Source of the DNA: Eukaryota sp. GEM-RC1
Lineage: Eukaryota
Direction: 5' to 3'
Length of the DNA: 64,000 bases
Assembly (NCBI GenBank): GCA_040285855.1
Contig: JAUFOQ010000002.1
Location: 2,790,001-2,854,000 of the forward strand
The notes under the pieces are model-generated. The model saw only the letters and a program-made list of their open reading frames with translations, did no database searches and was not told where the DNA came from. A program made the translations under genes and the position numbers. The stretch's first letter is position 1, and each line of letters starts with the position of its first letter. Below, one piece after another: positions 1 through 11,865 of this stretch.

Positions 1-1
1 T

Positions 2-430
2 TCTAATAGTTCTATCTCGTTTAACTCGACTTCTCCTGTTGATTTAATGCCTATTGAATCTTCCATGTTACCGTCTTGTCGAGATTTCAAACATACTTAT
101 TTAAAATTTGATCCTGAATTCTGCGTGTTAGGAAAAGGACTCCGCAAGTACATTGTCAGGCCAAACAAAGTTGATATGGTCAACGTGCACTCAGGACTTC
201 CTTCTAGTGGTTTTAAAGTAAAGGATGTTAGTACCAGACTAGGGGTTTACAGGCATTATCGTGAGTACCCTTTTAACAGGGAAATTTGTTCCAAGTCTGT
301 GGATGACCTGGGAATTCTTGATGAATTGGTATATTCTTGGACTAGTTTTCCAATAGAAAAAGTTGTTAACTACAAACGAAGTTCATTCTACAGGTTTTGT
401 AGGAGGATTTATAGGTTTTTTATAAGATGA
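2..430 (+). CDS. 3' end of hypothetical protein (frame open from window edge)
   Basis: ORF 47-430 stays open upstream to position 2; no recognisable motif. Confidence 0.3.
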   Translation, partial: SNSSISFNSTSPVDLMPIESSMLPSCRDFKHTYLKFDPEFCVLGKGLRKYIVRPNKVDMVNVHSGLPSSGFKVKDVSTRLGVYRHYREYPFNREICSKSVDDLGILDELVYSWTSFPIEKVVNYKRSSFYRFCRRIYRFFIR

Positions 431-1011
431 CTTTGTTTTACTGTATGTTGTGATTTGTCACTCCACTTTCACTGAGAGTAAGAGTACGTCACCTAGACGA
501 TCTGACTAATCATCCATTGTGGTTAATGACTTTGATTAGTGATGACGTCATTGTGATTAGTGAGTTTCTTGTCTCCAATCAAAGTTTTCTGATCACAGTC
601 AATTGATTACTTTTGTACATCTCTTTAATTTGTCCATTAGTGCTCGTATATTAAGTATAAAATAAAATTTACAAAATTAGTGATCGGTTAATGAACGCTT
701 AATTGAGACTATTTCATTCTTAAATTTGAATTCTATTGTGAACCTGTCCTTACTTAGAGTTCTTTCTCTTAGTTTAAGTGTATGTACACTTAAATGATCG
801 ACTGATGCTTCACGTAAATGACGTGAAGCAATATTAATTCTGGGACTAGGATTCATGACCTACACTGTAAAGTTAATACGATTACATTGTAGTAGAGTAG
901 ACTTTGGTCAAATTATGAAAACACAGATAGTAATAAAATTTTATAAAAAAATCCAAATTCTATACACAAAGTCAATAAATCAATCAAATCCAAAACACAA
1001 TAGTCAAAAAA

Positions 1012-2022
1012 CTACAGAGATAGTCCAGTCACAGTGTTCAACATGTTCCTAATAGTGGCCATCTGACCTCCATATCTCACTGCGTAATCAGCCCCAGTAT
1101 AACCCCAGATATCCCAGCATCCCTTAGGATTGTAAGGTAGAAGAGAAGAGATATCAGCCTGAGGGAAGAGGACGATGATCCCCCTAGCTTCAGCCCATTG
1201 AGCATAGCCAGAGTGACGTACAAACACTTCTCCAATGACTCCAAGTCCTTGCCTGCAACCGTGGAATGCAACGTGGAGAGGGCAAGTACCAGGTTCAAGG
1301 CACTGCTCAGGAACGTAGACCATGCCAGAGGATCCTAGAGAGAGGTTAGAGAGAGTAAGACCGAAGGGGAGATGATCACGTTGAGCGAAGAAGTAGAGGT
1401 TCTTCTCTTGGAATAAACCTGGGACTGATGGAAGATCGCCAATGAGCCAGTCCAGTACTTCCCTGGCACCATCATAGTCACAGTTGTTGATGTATGGAGC
1501 GCCGTTGTAGAGACAATCGCTACCATACTTTTTAGTGGGCATTGCGTGTTCTCCTTGGTTGTTGAAGACAGCTTTGATGTTGGAAGGGTCAACAAAGTGC
1601 TCGTAATAGTCTACTAGTTTCCTTGCAACTCCAGGATTGACAGTGCTGTCATCAGATGGGGAGTAGACAAAGATCTTGGCGTCCTCCATATGAGAAGGGG
1701 AATCGATGGAGAGAGTGGTTCGCGCAAATCTAGTGGCGGCCACAAGCTCAGATACTATAATACAAACTGGATCGGCCATGCAACAGGTTTGTGCGATGAC
1801 GACGTTGGCATTAGCACACCAATATGGACCGCCAGCGAATGATCCCATTCCCTTGATATGCTTGGAGAAAGCAACGTGTAACTGAGTGCTCATAAAAGCA
1901 CCAGAACTCAGTCCAGACACAGTAATGTGAGAGGAGCTGCGGAATGAAGTAAGAGGAGTAGCCGTATGATTAAAGGAAAAGCATAGACCGATAAAGCCAA
2001 GAACTATAAGAACGTTCTGCAT
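1012..2022 (-). CDS. Secreted poly(3-hydroxybutyrate) depolymerase-like alpha/beta hydrolase
   Basis: ATG at 2022 gives signal peptide MQNVLIVLGFIGLCFSF; lipase box VSGLSSGAFM, AGGPYWCA, LHVAFHGC, GCWDIWGY. Confidence 0.85.
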   Translation of the reverse strand: MQNVLIVLGFIGLCFSFNHTATPLTSFRSSSHITVSGLSSGAFMSTQLHVAFSKHIKGMGSFAGGPYWCANANVVIAQTCCMADPVCIIVSELVAATRFARTTLSIDSPSHMEDAKIFVYSPSDDSTVNPGVARKLVDYYEHFVDPSNIKAVFNNQGEHAMPTKKYGSDCLYNGAPYINNCDYDGAREVLDWLIGDLPSVPGLFQEKNLYFFAQRDHLPFGLTLSNLSLGSSGMVYVPEQCLEPGTCPLHVAFHGCRQGLGVIGEVFVRHSGYAQWAEARGIIVLFPQADISSLLPYNPKGCWDIWGYTGADYAVRYGGQMATIRNMLNTVTGLSL

Positions 2023-2609
2023 GAAGTGAGATAAAATGTAATCTACATCAAAAATATAGCTCAAAAAGAAACTGTCAAAAGATCGTCTCCGTCTGTTTGC
2101 TATCTACACGTCCTGCACTCTTGACAACAGTTAGTAAGAATCCCACTAAGTGTGGAGATTCAGTATGCACAATTCTTTAAGTGATGATGAATTACACAAT
2201 CCATGTGATCAAAACTAATCATATCTCTAGTGGAGTTAAGAAGGCTACTTCAGCCACAACAAATATCGTAGAACGATTGTTTTGATAAATAATGAGTTGT
2301 TACACTTCCGTTAAGTCTTAATGAACAAAGCTTTTCTTCCAACTATTGGTTTCTGAAATCCAGGATTTTTAGTTCCTAGGAGTCACACCACCAAATACTC
2401 CGTCTTGGTTTATTCTATTTAGTACTTATCTTAGTCATACTTGTGTAGTACAGGAACTTTCATTGGCAAAATACCACTGGGCAATACACTATAATACAAA
2501 TAATGAGAGTTAAAAACACACCATTCACACAGTGCAACAACAATAATGTCTCACAACAAATCAGATAGAAGTCATCCAAGCCAGTGATAAAGCTGTTAAA
2601 TATTCAATA

Positions 2610-3441
2610 CAGTCTACCCTGGATAAAGTGCGCTCATTTTGGTACGCACTATATCCAAAAGCGCACTATATAGAGTAAAATGCTTGTGCACGATGATCAT
2701 TGCATCTATTGTCTTTATTGTTTATAAACTAGGTTCTCAGTACGTTTGTCTAGAAGATGAGCAAGGTCACGATTCCGGAACAGCTGAAGACCGGGAATAG
2801 TGTTCGTGTAATTTTATGAGTGTGGTTTGCGGTAAAAGTGTGTACATCCGGATTCCTAATCAATTGACTTAGCAACACTTAGTTCTCTGCCGATTCAACT
2901 GAGGGAAGATAAGAGTGAAGTTGTGAAAAGGTCAGACGATTCCCAAAACCTCACAAGCGTAGTTTTCAAGTAACTTACGACAAAAAGTGGTGCGTACAAA
3001 GTTCTGAAGCACCTCAAACCCATTAAAAGCCCACCATTCTCTGAGGAAGTGGTGATTCTCAGAATTCTTCTCAATATCAGCAAAATGGACACCCAATGCA
3101 TTGTTAATGACATCGGTTCCTTCTATATCAGTAGAGAGAGGAGATGTCAAGAGAAAACTGAGATGCTCTCAGTGAAGAATAGAAGTTGTCTCATATAAAG
3201 AGTAACGTCCACAAAGATCACGGAAGCAACTATTGATGTAGTCTCATATTGAGAAAGGATAACGCGATGAAGTTTATTGATGGAAGAAGACTATAACAAA
3301 AGTGATGGAATGCACCAAAAGAGAACATGGCACGACAGAAGGAGATATGATATACCAACAGAGTTGGAGGAGACAAAATGTCTGGCAGTGAAAAGTGCAC
3401 CAGACACTATATCCAGGGCGCACTATATTTAGGGTAGACTG
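2610..3441. mobile_element. Non-autonomous Tc1/mariner (pogo-like) element
   Basis: TIR CAGTCTACCCT...AGGGTAGACTG flanked by TA on both sides; subterminal GCACTATAT repeats; same termini as 33918-33992. Confidence 0.75.
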
Positions 3442-3997
3442 TATGTTTGAGTCAAACATTTTGTCAAACAGTTTGACAAACAATTTGTTTGATTTTTGTT
3501 TACATCATCTTTGGAAAACAATTCTTTGAATTGAGGATTAAGTCCATCCATTACGTTTAATAACAAATTTAATAATGAGTTTGGGAGCGAGGAAGGTAGG
3601 GTTCACAACTGTCAGACAACAAACATCCGGATAGCTTTGCCGTCAATTTTTAATAAATTTTCTGTGAATAAACTATCGACAAGTAAAGACTGACCTATTT
3701 CAAAGTTGCCAAAAATCACACTTATTTTAATCGTTGTGATCGTAAAAGAAAGGACAATTCTGCTTGCTTGTGACCAAACTTGTGATAGTGTCACAAATTT
3801 AAGTTTGATTGGTGAAGCAGAACATTGCTTACAACACACTGTTTAAGACACAAATCGAGTCTTTGTTTTTAAACCATTATGATAGTTTACACGCACGTTG
3901 ATAGGTCATTGTTCCATCAACGTTGATTGCTTCAAATATACAATATCTCCTTCTCTGATCACTCATTTTGTAGGCTTTTTGATATATGTAAAAGTAT

Positions 3998-4070
3998 CTC
4001 ACCCGATGAGAATCGAACTCACAACCTTTCGATTAACAGTCGAGCGCACTACCGATTGTGCTACAGGTGA
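3998..4070 (-). tRNA. tRNA-Asn (GTT)
   Basis: 73-nt cloverleaf: acceptor TCACCTG/CGGGTGA, D stem GCAC/GTGC, anticodon loop CTGTTAA, T loop TTCGATT, discriminator G, TTTT terminator just downstream. Confidence 0.92.
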
Positions 4071-4170
4071 TTTCTGGCAACCTTGATCGCCGCACTTATT
4101 TGTAGTGACGTATCCTTTCATTGGGTTCCTCTCGTTAATGTTCAAAAACAGGGCTCGTGATCATTGAGCA

Positions 4171-5028
4171 ATGTTCAACGGTCGACTTGGTAAAGATACT
4201 CAGTGTTTTCTCTCTGATTTTGAGAAAGTTGTCAAAAAAGAATGGAACAAGAAATTTGATTTCAAGTTTGGTTGGATCATATCGTTTTTACATTATTTAA
4301 AACAATTCCTATCTTGATTTAAAAAGCTTTATTAGCTGTCAGTTTTATTATGTTTAAAGCACATGGTTTTCACTCTAAAGTTGAACCTGTTTTGAATCAT
4401 CTTTCAGAAAATAAATTTACTGATCAAAACAGAGGGGATCTCCATACTCCGTGGCTTAAATCGAGTCAATCATTAATGGATTTTACTACAGAAGATGTTT
4501 GTAACAAATCTTGTGTTAGTAGGATATTAGATTCTTCTTTTAATCCGTTAACAGCTGCTGAAAAGTTCAAACACTCCAAATATGACTCTCAAGTAGAAGA
4601 ATTAAATTGAAACTCTTATTCCAAATTTGTGTTCCAACCTTTTGTTGTTTCTGTTTTTGGATCTATTAGTTCTGCTGGTGATCAATTTTTCAAGGATTTC
4701 GAAGAATTGTGTAAAAAAAAGAAGCATAAGTTTAGAATGACTGAATGGAAAAACCGTATTGTGTATGCCTTTCTATCTCTCTAGATTAATTGAGAAATTG
4801 AACAGGTTTGGTGTGAAGGTTAATGTTGATAAACGTAATCTTTTACCGGACGGTGATGAAGTCGTTTTGATTTAATGTTTTCATTATTTGTTTGTTTTTA
4901 CAATTTCATAGTTTTGTAGGAAGATTACCTTATTGGGTGCCGAATAAAGTTTTCTTATTTATTATGAAGAAAAAGCTTATCTGAGTTTTAATGGCAATGA
5001 TTGTTGCTATAATGATATTGTGTTCTAG
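4171..5028 (+). mobile_element. Degenerate 3' end of CRE-like RLE non-LTR retrotransposon (subfamily A), split by a nested insertion
   Basis: 4171-4352 and 4958-5028 align by eye to the 3' end of the copy at 25673-26348 (GRLGKD...FLSDFEKVVKK; YEEKA.LSFNGNDCC). Confidence 0.7.
4353..4957 (+). mobile_element. 5'-truncated CRE-like retrotransposon (subfamily B) nested in the subfamily A copy
   Basis: RLE motifs KVEP..L, RGDL, AAEKFKHSKY, QPFVVSVFGSI; flanked by TTTATTATG duplication (4344-4352, 4958-4966). Confidence 0.7.
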
Positions 5029-5116
5029 TATATGTATTTATCTTACTGCTTCGCTCCATAAAATAGACAAGTTTGAAATAAAACAATGTTCAATGTTTCA
5101 GATTATGTCAAATGTA

Positions 5117-5765
5117 CAGGAGTTGGAAAAATTGCATTGCCAATTAATTAATTGCAATAAGTACTTGGCTAAAATAATGGAAGTCCCATTACTAATTGAA
5201 ATTATTACAGATGTTTCAACTGCACAACATGAACAGAATTGACACTGTATTTTGATGTATTTAAGCTGAACAGGATCTCATAAATCAATGTTTTTTATTT
5301 ATACAGACTTCCTTGTTTGTTGTCCCTTCTTATAATCGCTCTCAGTGTTTGAAGACATACTGTCCGATTAATGCTAAATGCCATATGACTTTTGTAGAAA
5401 TGATACGCCATTGAGTCAAGCACAGACTAGCAATCCACACTAACTGTGCTGCACAGTTAGTGTGGATTGCTGAGTCATGGTTTATTTGGTTTACGTCTTA
5501 CCAGCACCCTTTTGTCACTATACTTGATATTGTTAGTGAATACAACTCCGTTTTTATAATTTTACAGTACAGCGAATTGGAAAAACCAGTCTTGTTTACA
5601 TAAAGAACAGTATGCTGGAGGGTCTTTTTTTGAAAATTAAGGACGGTTAATATATCATGATCCAAATAAATTCAATTAATTACAGCAAATGTGATAATTG
5701 CAATAAGTCATTGCTCCACGAAAAATGAGAGCAATTATTTGGCAATGTAATTTCTCCGAGTCCTG
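5117..5765. mobile_element. Internally deleted hAT DNA transposon
   Basis: 33-bp imperfect TIR starting CAGGA; 8-bp TSD CAAATGTA/CAAATGTG; AATTGCAAT subterminal repeats. Confidence 0.75.
5429..5471. repeat. Perfect 21-bp-arm palindrome
   Basis: AGCAATCCACACTAACTGTGC-T-GCACAGTTAGTGTGGATTGCT. Confidence 0.95.
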
Positions 5766-6356
5766 CAAATGTGACTGAACCGAATGAACCGCTTCTTCTA
5801 TGAATGTGTGAACTAACACACAATACTATAATACAGTACTACAATTGTCATGTAACAACACTATTTATCAAGACACTTCAGCTGTGAACTCAATGTAAAT
5901 CGTATTGAGATAGTAAATGCCTATTGTTTGTTTTGAAAAACTTACATAAAACAAAGCTTATCAATCCTGAGCTCCAAAAAAAATTGTCAGACTCTTTATA
6001 AACATTCCAAACCTTTTTTCCAAATAAAGCTTATACTATGCAAATCACACTTAAGAGCCCTAAAAGTGCAACAACAGTCTTTTTCAAGAAGGACAACACA
6101 TCCGATTGACGAATATGCCTGCAAACAGCAGTTCCGCAATATGCCTTACAAACAGACAAAGAGTTTAGGTGCAATTGTACAACAAACCGAAACCAATACA
6201 TTGTCTCCTGTGCTGATGATGATTGTGCCTTTTACCTTTGTGCCACTTCATCAGATGGTGACCTTCATCTTCTAAGAACCATATGTTTAGAGAGAAGTTG
6301 GTTTTGGAAATGAGAGATTTATCTAGTTAGAGATTGGAAAACGTAATTGTCACATA

Positions 6357-7211
6357 TAGTGTTGCACCTGGGCTCAGCCCTTAACAATTTAGCCCGTCTG
6401 GGCTAAGCCCTTTTGTTTCAGCCCGCCCAATCAAATCACTTGCCAGCTCAGCCCAGCCCATAATTTCGTCAGCCCGGCTCAGCTCAGCCCCCAGCCCAAA
6501 CAGGTAAAAATTGACGTGGAAGTGTCGAACTTTTTAGCTTATGGTTATTAAGTTCTTTACATGTGCTATTAGAGTATTACATCTATTCATAATATTTGGT
6601 TACATTATCAACTACAAATCCATGTAAATGAATACACTAAATAAACCTACTTCAATTTTTTCCTCACCATCAAGTTCTACTATTAAAGTTCATTTCTTGT
6701 AAAACTGGTTCAAACTACACTTTCGTCCAGGAGCTCAAGCTCAATAAAGCTCTCAAAGACTCAGTGGAGAGCGTTTTTGATTTTGGCGAGGCAACAGAAG
6801 CAGGAGGTGGTGTGTCATCTAATATTGTTACGATGTCTTGGCGAAAGGGCACTACAAATAAAGCAAGATTGGGACTTTACTGAAAGAATATGGATTCGAG
6901 TTCATGAGGTACATCACAACCAACATATTGATTCATGTACATGTAATTAGTAGCTTATGCACAATAGTATCTTTTAACTGTTGAAATGATTGTTGGATCA
7001 ATGTAATTACGATACTTACAAAATTTATGCATATATCTGCTGTTGATGAAGGTTGCAAGAAAAAATTAGAGTTGTATATGGGTTGAAGGGCTGAGCCCAA
7101 AGAATTGTCAAGCCGCCCGGGCTCAAGCCATAAACCCTCAAACCCAGTCCAATTGTACTGCAGCCCGCCAGGCTGGGTGGCTGGGCTGGGGCTGAAATTG
7201 GTGCAACACTA
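6357..7211. mobile_element. Non-autonomous hAT element
   Basis: 12-bp perfect TIR TAGTGTTGCACC; flanks GTCACATA/GTCACTCA (6/8); CAGCCC/GGGCTG subterminal arrays; minus-strand remnant resembling the hAT dimerisation domain (LSTESLRALLSLSSW). Confidence 0.75.
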
Positions 7212-7394
7212 GTCACTCAGAATTGGGGCATAAAATCAATTTGGTAGGTTAACCCGGTACTAAAGTTAACTTTAATGCACCAATTGGTGCACATACTTTG
7301 GTTTAACTTTGGTGTGACTAATGAAACCCGAATTTTTTTTCACCCGACTAATGACAGTTTAGTTTAGTTTTCACCCGACTAAGCTATGGTCAAC

Positions 7395-8420
7395 TTGCTT
7401 TCCTGTTGATATCAAAGAAATTCCATGTCGAAACATTTTGTCTTTAAAGTTTGCTTTAAAAAGCTACAATATCATTTATTAAAATATTTTGAAAATTTAG
7501 ATTTTAAAGTCCGTCTTAGTTCGGCTAAGGAAAAAAATCCAGCTTTCGCTAATTTTTAAATTGATTTAAAGGAGATTTCTGCTGTGTCATTAATCAATCA
7601 AATTCTACAAGTATACGGTTTGTTATTAAATGATCATCAATGGACCACTACAATGAGATTTCGTTGTTATTTATGGCTATATAATTTGCCAAATGATCTT
7701 CAATGTTGTTGTGGAAAACGATTAACGTTTTCTCATCTGTTAAGTTGTAATCGCTACATAACTTATCGAACGTGTATGCATGATGCTGTAAGAGATCAAA
7801 TACATGCTATGTGTAAGTCTTACAAAATTGAGTCATTTGTTGAACCACTTCTAAGATCTTTAGAACCAAGTAATAATTGCAATGTCGAAAAACAGAACCA
7901 ATTTTTTGGTAAACGGAGAGCAGATGTTGTTGTCCCTTCTTCTTCAGACAAATTGTTTGTTGTTGATGTAGTGTCAGTGGATGTTTGTAAAAAGACATCT
8001 TTAAAGAACGCTTCGCCTGAAACTTCTCCTTTAGACATTTCTGAACAGGCCAGACAGGATAAGTACAGAAAAACATTGATGGCTTTAAAACATGTTAAAC
8101 ATGTTGAGTACGGATTATGCCCTTTGCCGTTTCAATTTACGGACGTTTAGGAAAAGGTGCATTGAGTTTTTTAATCGATTTCGAAAAAATCGTAAAAAAT
8201 AGGATGAACAAACGTTTTGATCATATGTTATGGTTGAATCGGATCGTTTTTACTGTTTTTAAAACAGTTCCCCTAATCATCTCCAAAGCTTCATTAGCGG
8301 TGAGTTCGTTTTATGAGGACAAAGCTGTTGTAAGGTTTGATAGCGACGGGTGTTGTTTCAATGATATCAAATTCTAGTTGTTTGATCAATTACATTTATA
8401 ATAAAAAATATTAAAAAAAT
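7395..8420 (+). mobile_element. 5'-truncated CRE-like non-LTR retrotransposon (Zn knuckle + restriction-like endonuclease)
   Basis: CCCG..HLLSC..HDAVRD, EPLL, RRADV, VDV, KY, PFAVSIYGRLG; one frameshift near 8125; A-rich tail; 5' boundary approximate. Confidence 0.85.
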
Positions 8421-8562
8421 TGAAATCTTCACTTTTCTTCGTCAATTGCTTCAACCGACAATGAAACTGTGGATGTTCATAAATTAATTTGCTATTCGAC
8501 AGTATCCTCTCGTATTTAATGAGTAAACCACACGGATTACTTCTCAAACTTAAAGGAATTAC

Positions 8563-9369
8563 TAGTGTTACGAGAAACGTTTCTACGTTTCAGCGTTTCT
8601 ACGTTTCCGAAACGTTTCCAATAAACATATCAGTATGGAAACGGCTTGGAAACGTAAATTTTGGGTCTGGTTTAAACTTGTTTTTGCCCCAAAGAAACTC
8701 ATCCACTCCTACAGATTGTGATACAATGTGAGTGAGCACTAAGGATAATACCCTAAAACTCAATTTCAAGCTATTAAGAAGGATATTGGCAATTTCATCC
8801 TGTCGTTGAACTAAATCATCCGAAACTTCTTCGTCTTCTTCAACTTCTATGACTAATGATAAATCTTGGAAACTTCTTTTCATTCGTCTACCGACTTTGA
8901 CCATCTTTTTTAACGTGATGTGAGCTGGATTGATTTATTCAATAATATTATTAAATTCTATAAAAATAACATAACCACAATGTATCTTTAAAATTTGCAA
9001 AAGTTGTAATACAACCGTATAACCTTGCACCATCAGGTGTAACAATGTTAAAGACCATATGTGGATCATTACATCCATCTAATACAAGGAAACATTCAGT
9101 TTGAAGAGGCCAAGCTCACAACGTAATCAGTGGAGTCTTTTCGTCGGCCACTGGGAGAGAAAAGTGACGAATAGTCGTCGCTGTGTGCAATCTGAACGAT
9201 TTCACCTCCATCATTGTCGATGAGACATACTACAAAACAGTGAGAGTGTTGATATTTTAGAAATTTTCGAAGAGAGAAATTGGATTAGGAAGAAATGAGA
9301 ATTGTTCATATAAAAATGACGTTTCGGAAACGTTTCTAGACAAATTTTGTTACGTTTCTCGTAACACTA
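8563..9369. mobile_element. Non-autonomous hAT-like TIR element directly upstream of OLA1
   Basis: 18-bp perfect TIR TAGTGTTACGAGAAACGT; ACGTTTC subterminal repeats; left flank GGAATTAC recurs 6 nt after the right TIR. Confidence 0.75.
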
Positions 9370-9446
9370 CTAGTAGGAATTACATTCTACAACTCATTGG
9401 AAAATTTTTGAACCGTACTTTTTCTTCAACTGTGTAATCTAACTTA

Positions 9447-10611
9447 ATGGTCAAGAAAGTTGAATCTCCTCCACCCAAGAAACTTCTTGGAAGAATGTCC
9501 ACCAGTGTCTCCTTTGGCTTGGTTGGATGTCCTAATGTTGGCAAGTCCACAATCTTCAATGCCTTGACAAACAGTAGTGTTAAAGCCGAGGGCTTCGCCT
9601 TCTGTACCATTGACCCTCACCTTGCTCAATGTCAAGTAAACGACGAACGCTTCGACTGGCTAGTTGAGCAATACAAACCCACATCCGCTGTCAAAGCTCA
9701 CCTCAACATCTACGACATTGCTGGGTTAGTCAGAGGCGCAAGTGAGGGGAGCCGGGTTAGGCAACGCCTTTTTGTCCCACATTGGTGCCGTAGACGGTAT
9801 CTTCCATTTAGTCCGTGCCTTCGACGACCCCACTGTACCCCCGAACGAGGACGTTCTTGACCCTGTACGTGACTTGGACCTCATTACTGAAGAACTTATC
9901 AAGAAGGATCTGGAAATGGTCACTAAACACACTGAGAAACTAGGCAGACTCATTAGATCTTCCAAGGAGGGAAGAGAGGAGTATGACTTCTTTGTTAAAG
10001 TGCAAGAGATGCTCGAGAACGGAGATCAAGTTAGATTTGGTCAGTTTGATCCCAGGGAGATTGATTGGATCAATTCATTCCAATTGCTGACTGCCAAGCC
10101 TGTGATTTACTTGATTAATCTTTCTGAAGAGGATTATGTCCGTAAAAAGAACAAGTGGCTGAAACCAATTGCTCAGTGGATTAAGGCTCATGGTAATGAA
10201 ACAGCCATTCCCTTCTCTGCTCAGTACGAGACCACTCTAGCTGCATTAGATCCTGAATCTAGACAAGCTTATATCGCAGAGAACAAAGTTCCCTCAATGG
10301 TTGATAGAATTGTTCATTTAGGGTACAAGACTCTCAATCTTCATCATTACTTTACTGCTGGTGAAAAGGAAGTTAAGTGTTGGACTATTCGGGCTGGTTA
10401 TACTGCTCCTCAAGCAGCTGGAAGAATTCATACTGACATGATGAATAACTTTATCATGGCAGAGGTGATGCCCTTTGAAGATTTAAAGGAGCAAGGGACT
10501 GAGAATGGAGTTAAGGCTGCAGGTAAACTTAAGATGGTGGGTAAGACTGGAATTATTGAAGATGGCGATGTTGTCTTGTTTAAGTTTGGTCAGGCTAAGA
10601 GAAAAAGATAA
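9447..10611 (+). CDS. OLA1: Obg-like ATPase 1 (YchF), one apparent +1 frameshift at 9746-9749
   Basis: GLVGCPNVGKST, FCTIDP, DIAGLVRGASEG|AGLGNAFLSHI, LLTAKP, TAPQAAGRIHTD, TGS-like C-terminus. Confidence 0.95.
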
Positions 10612-10743
10612 TGGTTTAGTTGGATAAACTCTTTGTTGAGTATGTTGGTGTGCTTTTTGAAATTGAATTGGTAAAATAAATTACAGAAATTTTTAAGTTA
10701 CATTATATATAAAGACTATGCACATGTACAAAATTACAATTAA

Positions 10744-11646
10744 CTAATTGACCAGGTTATTAACTAAAACATTCGACTCCAACAGATCACTTCTATACAA
10801 TAAACAATCACCACGTGCTTGCTTCCTTTCGCGAAGACCGTAAATAGAAAGCAAGAATAACAGAATGAATTGCTGAGTCGCAGAAGTGAAGTATGAAAGC
10901 CAGGTTGATATGTTTTCACCTGAAATAATTAAAAAAACCAACATTATTGCAGCTCCGGGTGCTTGAATCAAAAACAATATCGGAGATAATGATCCGACTG
11001 ATTTACGATTAAAAGTTTCCACAATCTGCGGTAAAAACTGTAAAACATTGATTACTGTAGAGACTAGACCACAAAGGTAAGCAATGTGAAGCAAAAGCTG
11101 GTTACAGTGACCATTCCAGTAATAAAGATAGTAGCAGACAAAAGAGATTCCAACAGCATATGCCAAGAAGGTATAGAAGAGGAAACGATGGAAATAATAG
11201 GATCTACGGAGTGTGTAGTCTCGTTTTCCCTCATGATACTTGAGAAAAAGGAGAGTAATTGGAAAGTAGATTGCAAAGAGAGCGAAGAGGTTAAGAAGGG
11301 CTAGGATACTAGGGAAACAGCGGATGAAACCGACACGAAAACAGGCTTTTAGATGGGGGATACCGAAAACATAGGAGCTTAGAAATACAGAGAATCTTGG
11401 ATCAGAAATAGAAAAGGTCAAACTGTCCGACGTTGGCGAGGAATAGGAAAGTGCCTGAGATACCAGCGGAAGATTTAGTTTTAATTATCTTGAAGTGTTG
11501 AGGAAGGGTAGACTAGAATGAGAGGATGTGATAAGACTAACCAGAACAGTGCCTAACCCCAGCAAAATTCCAACACATAATGAGAGAGGAGAGAGGTCGA
11601 TTAATGTGTCTATGGGGTTGATACCGGGATCACATTTGAAGTGCAT
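10744..11646 (-). CDS. PQ-loop repeat membrane transporter, 2 introns
   Basis: Splicing 11513-11541 and 11396-11423 gives one ORF with two PQ motifs (STLPQHFKIIKTKSSAGIS, QFLPQIVETFNRKSVGSLS) and multiple TM segments. Confidence 0.85.
11396..11423 (-). other. Spliceosomal intron, 28 nt
   Basis: GTTTGACC...CTGATCCAAG; removal restores the PQ-loop frame. Confidence 0.75.
11513..11541 (-). other. Spliceosomal intron, 29 nt
   Basis: GTTAGTCT...CTCATTCTAG; removal joins TM1 to the first PQ motif. Confidence 0.8.
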
Positions 11647-11865
11647 TGTGGTACAGTACTTGTAGTGCAGTGAGAGGTGTGGAGAACTTTTTACTCCACA
11701 AATTTTCAAGAAACCAAAGAGATGTATACCATTGAATTGATGGACAAAGCGTTAATATTGTGGCGTTAATATTGTGGCCAGTGAGAAAAGATACTAGATA
11801 GAAAGTCTATCATCTGCTGACTGACATTGACAAGTGGTAAATTCCATCACTTTAATCAACTTTGA

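Noticed and set aside
539..592. C/D box snoRNA candidate (GTGATGA...CTGA)
   Set aside because: No convincing terminal stem or recognisable rRNA guide; such boxes are common by chance
7292..7388. Small CATA...TATG MITE candidate
   Set aside because: Weak TIR and no matching TSD
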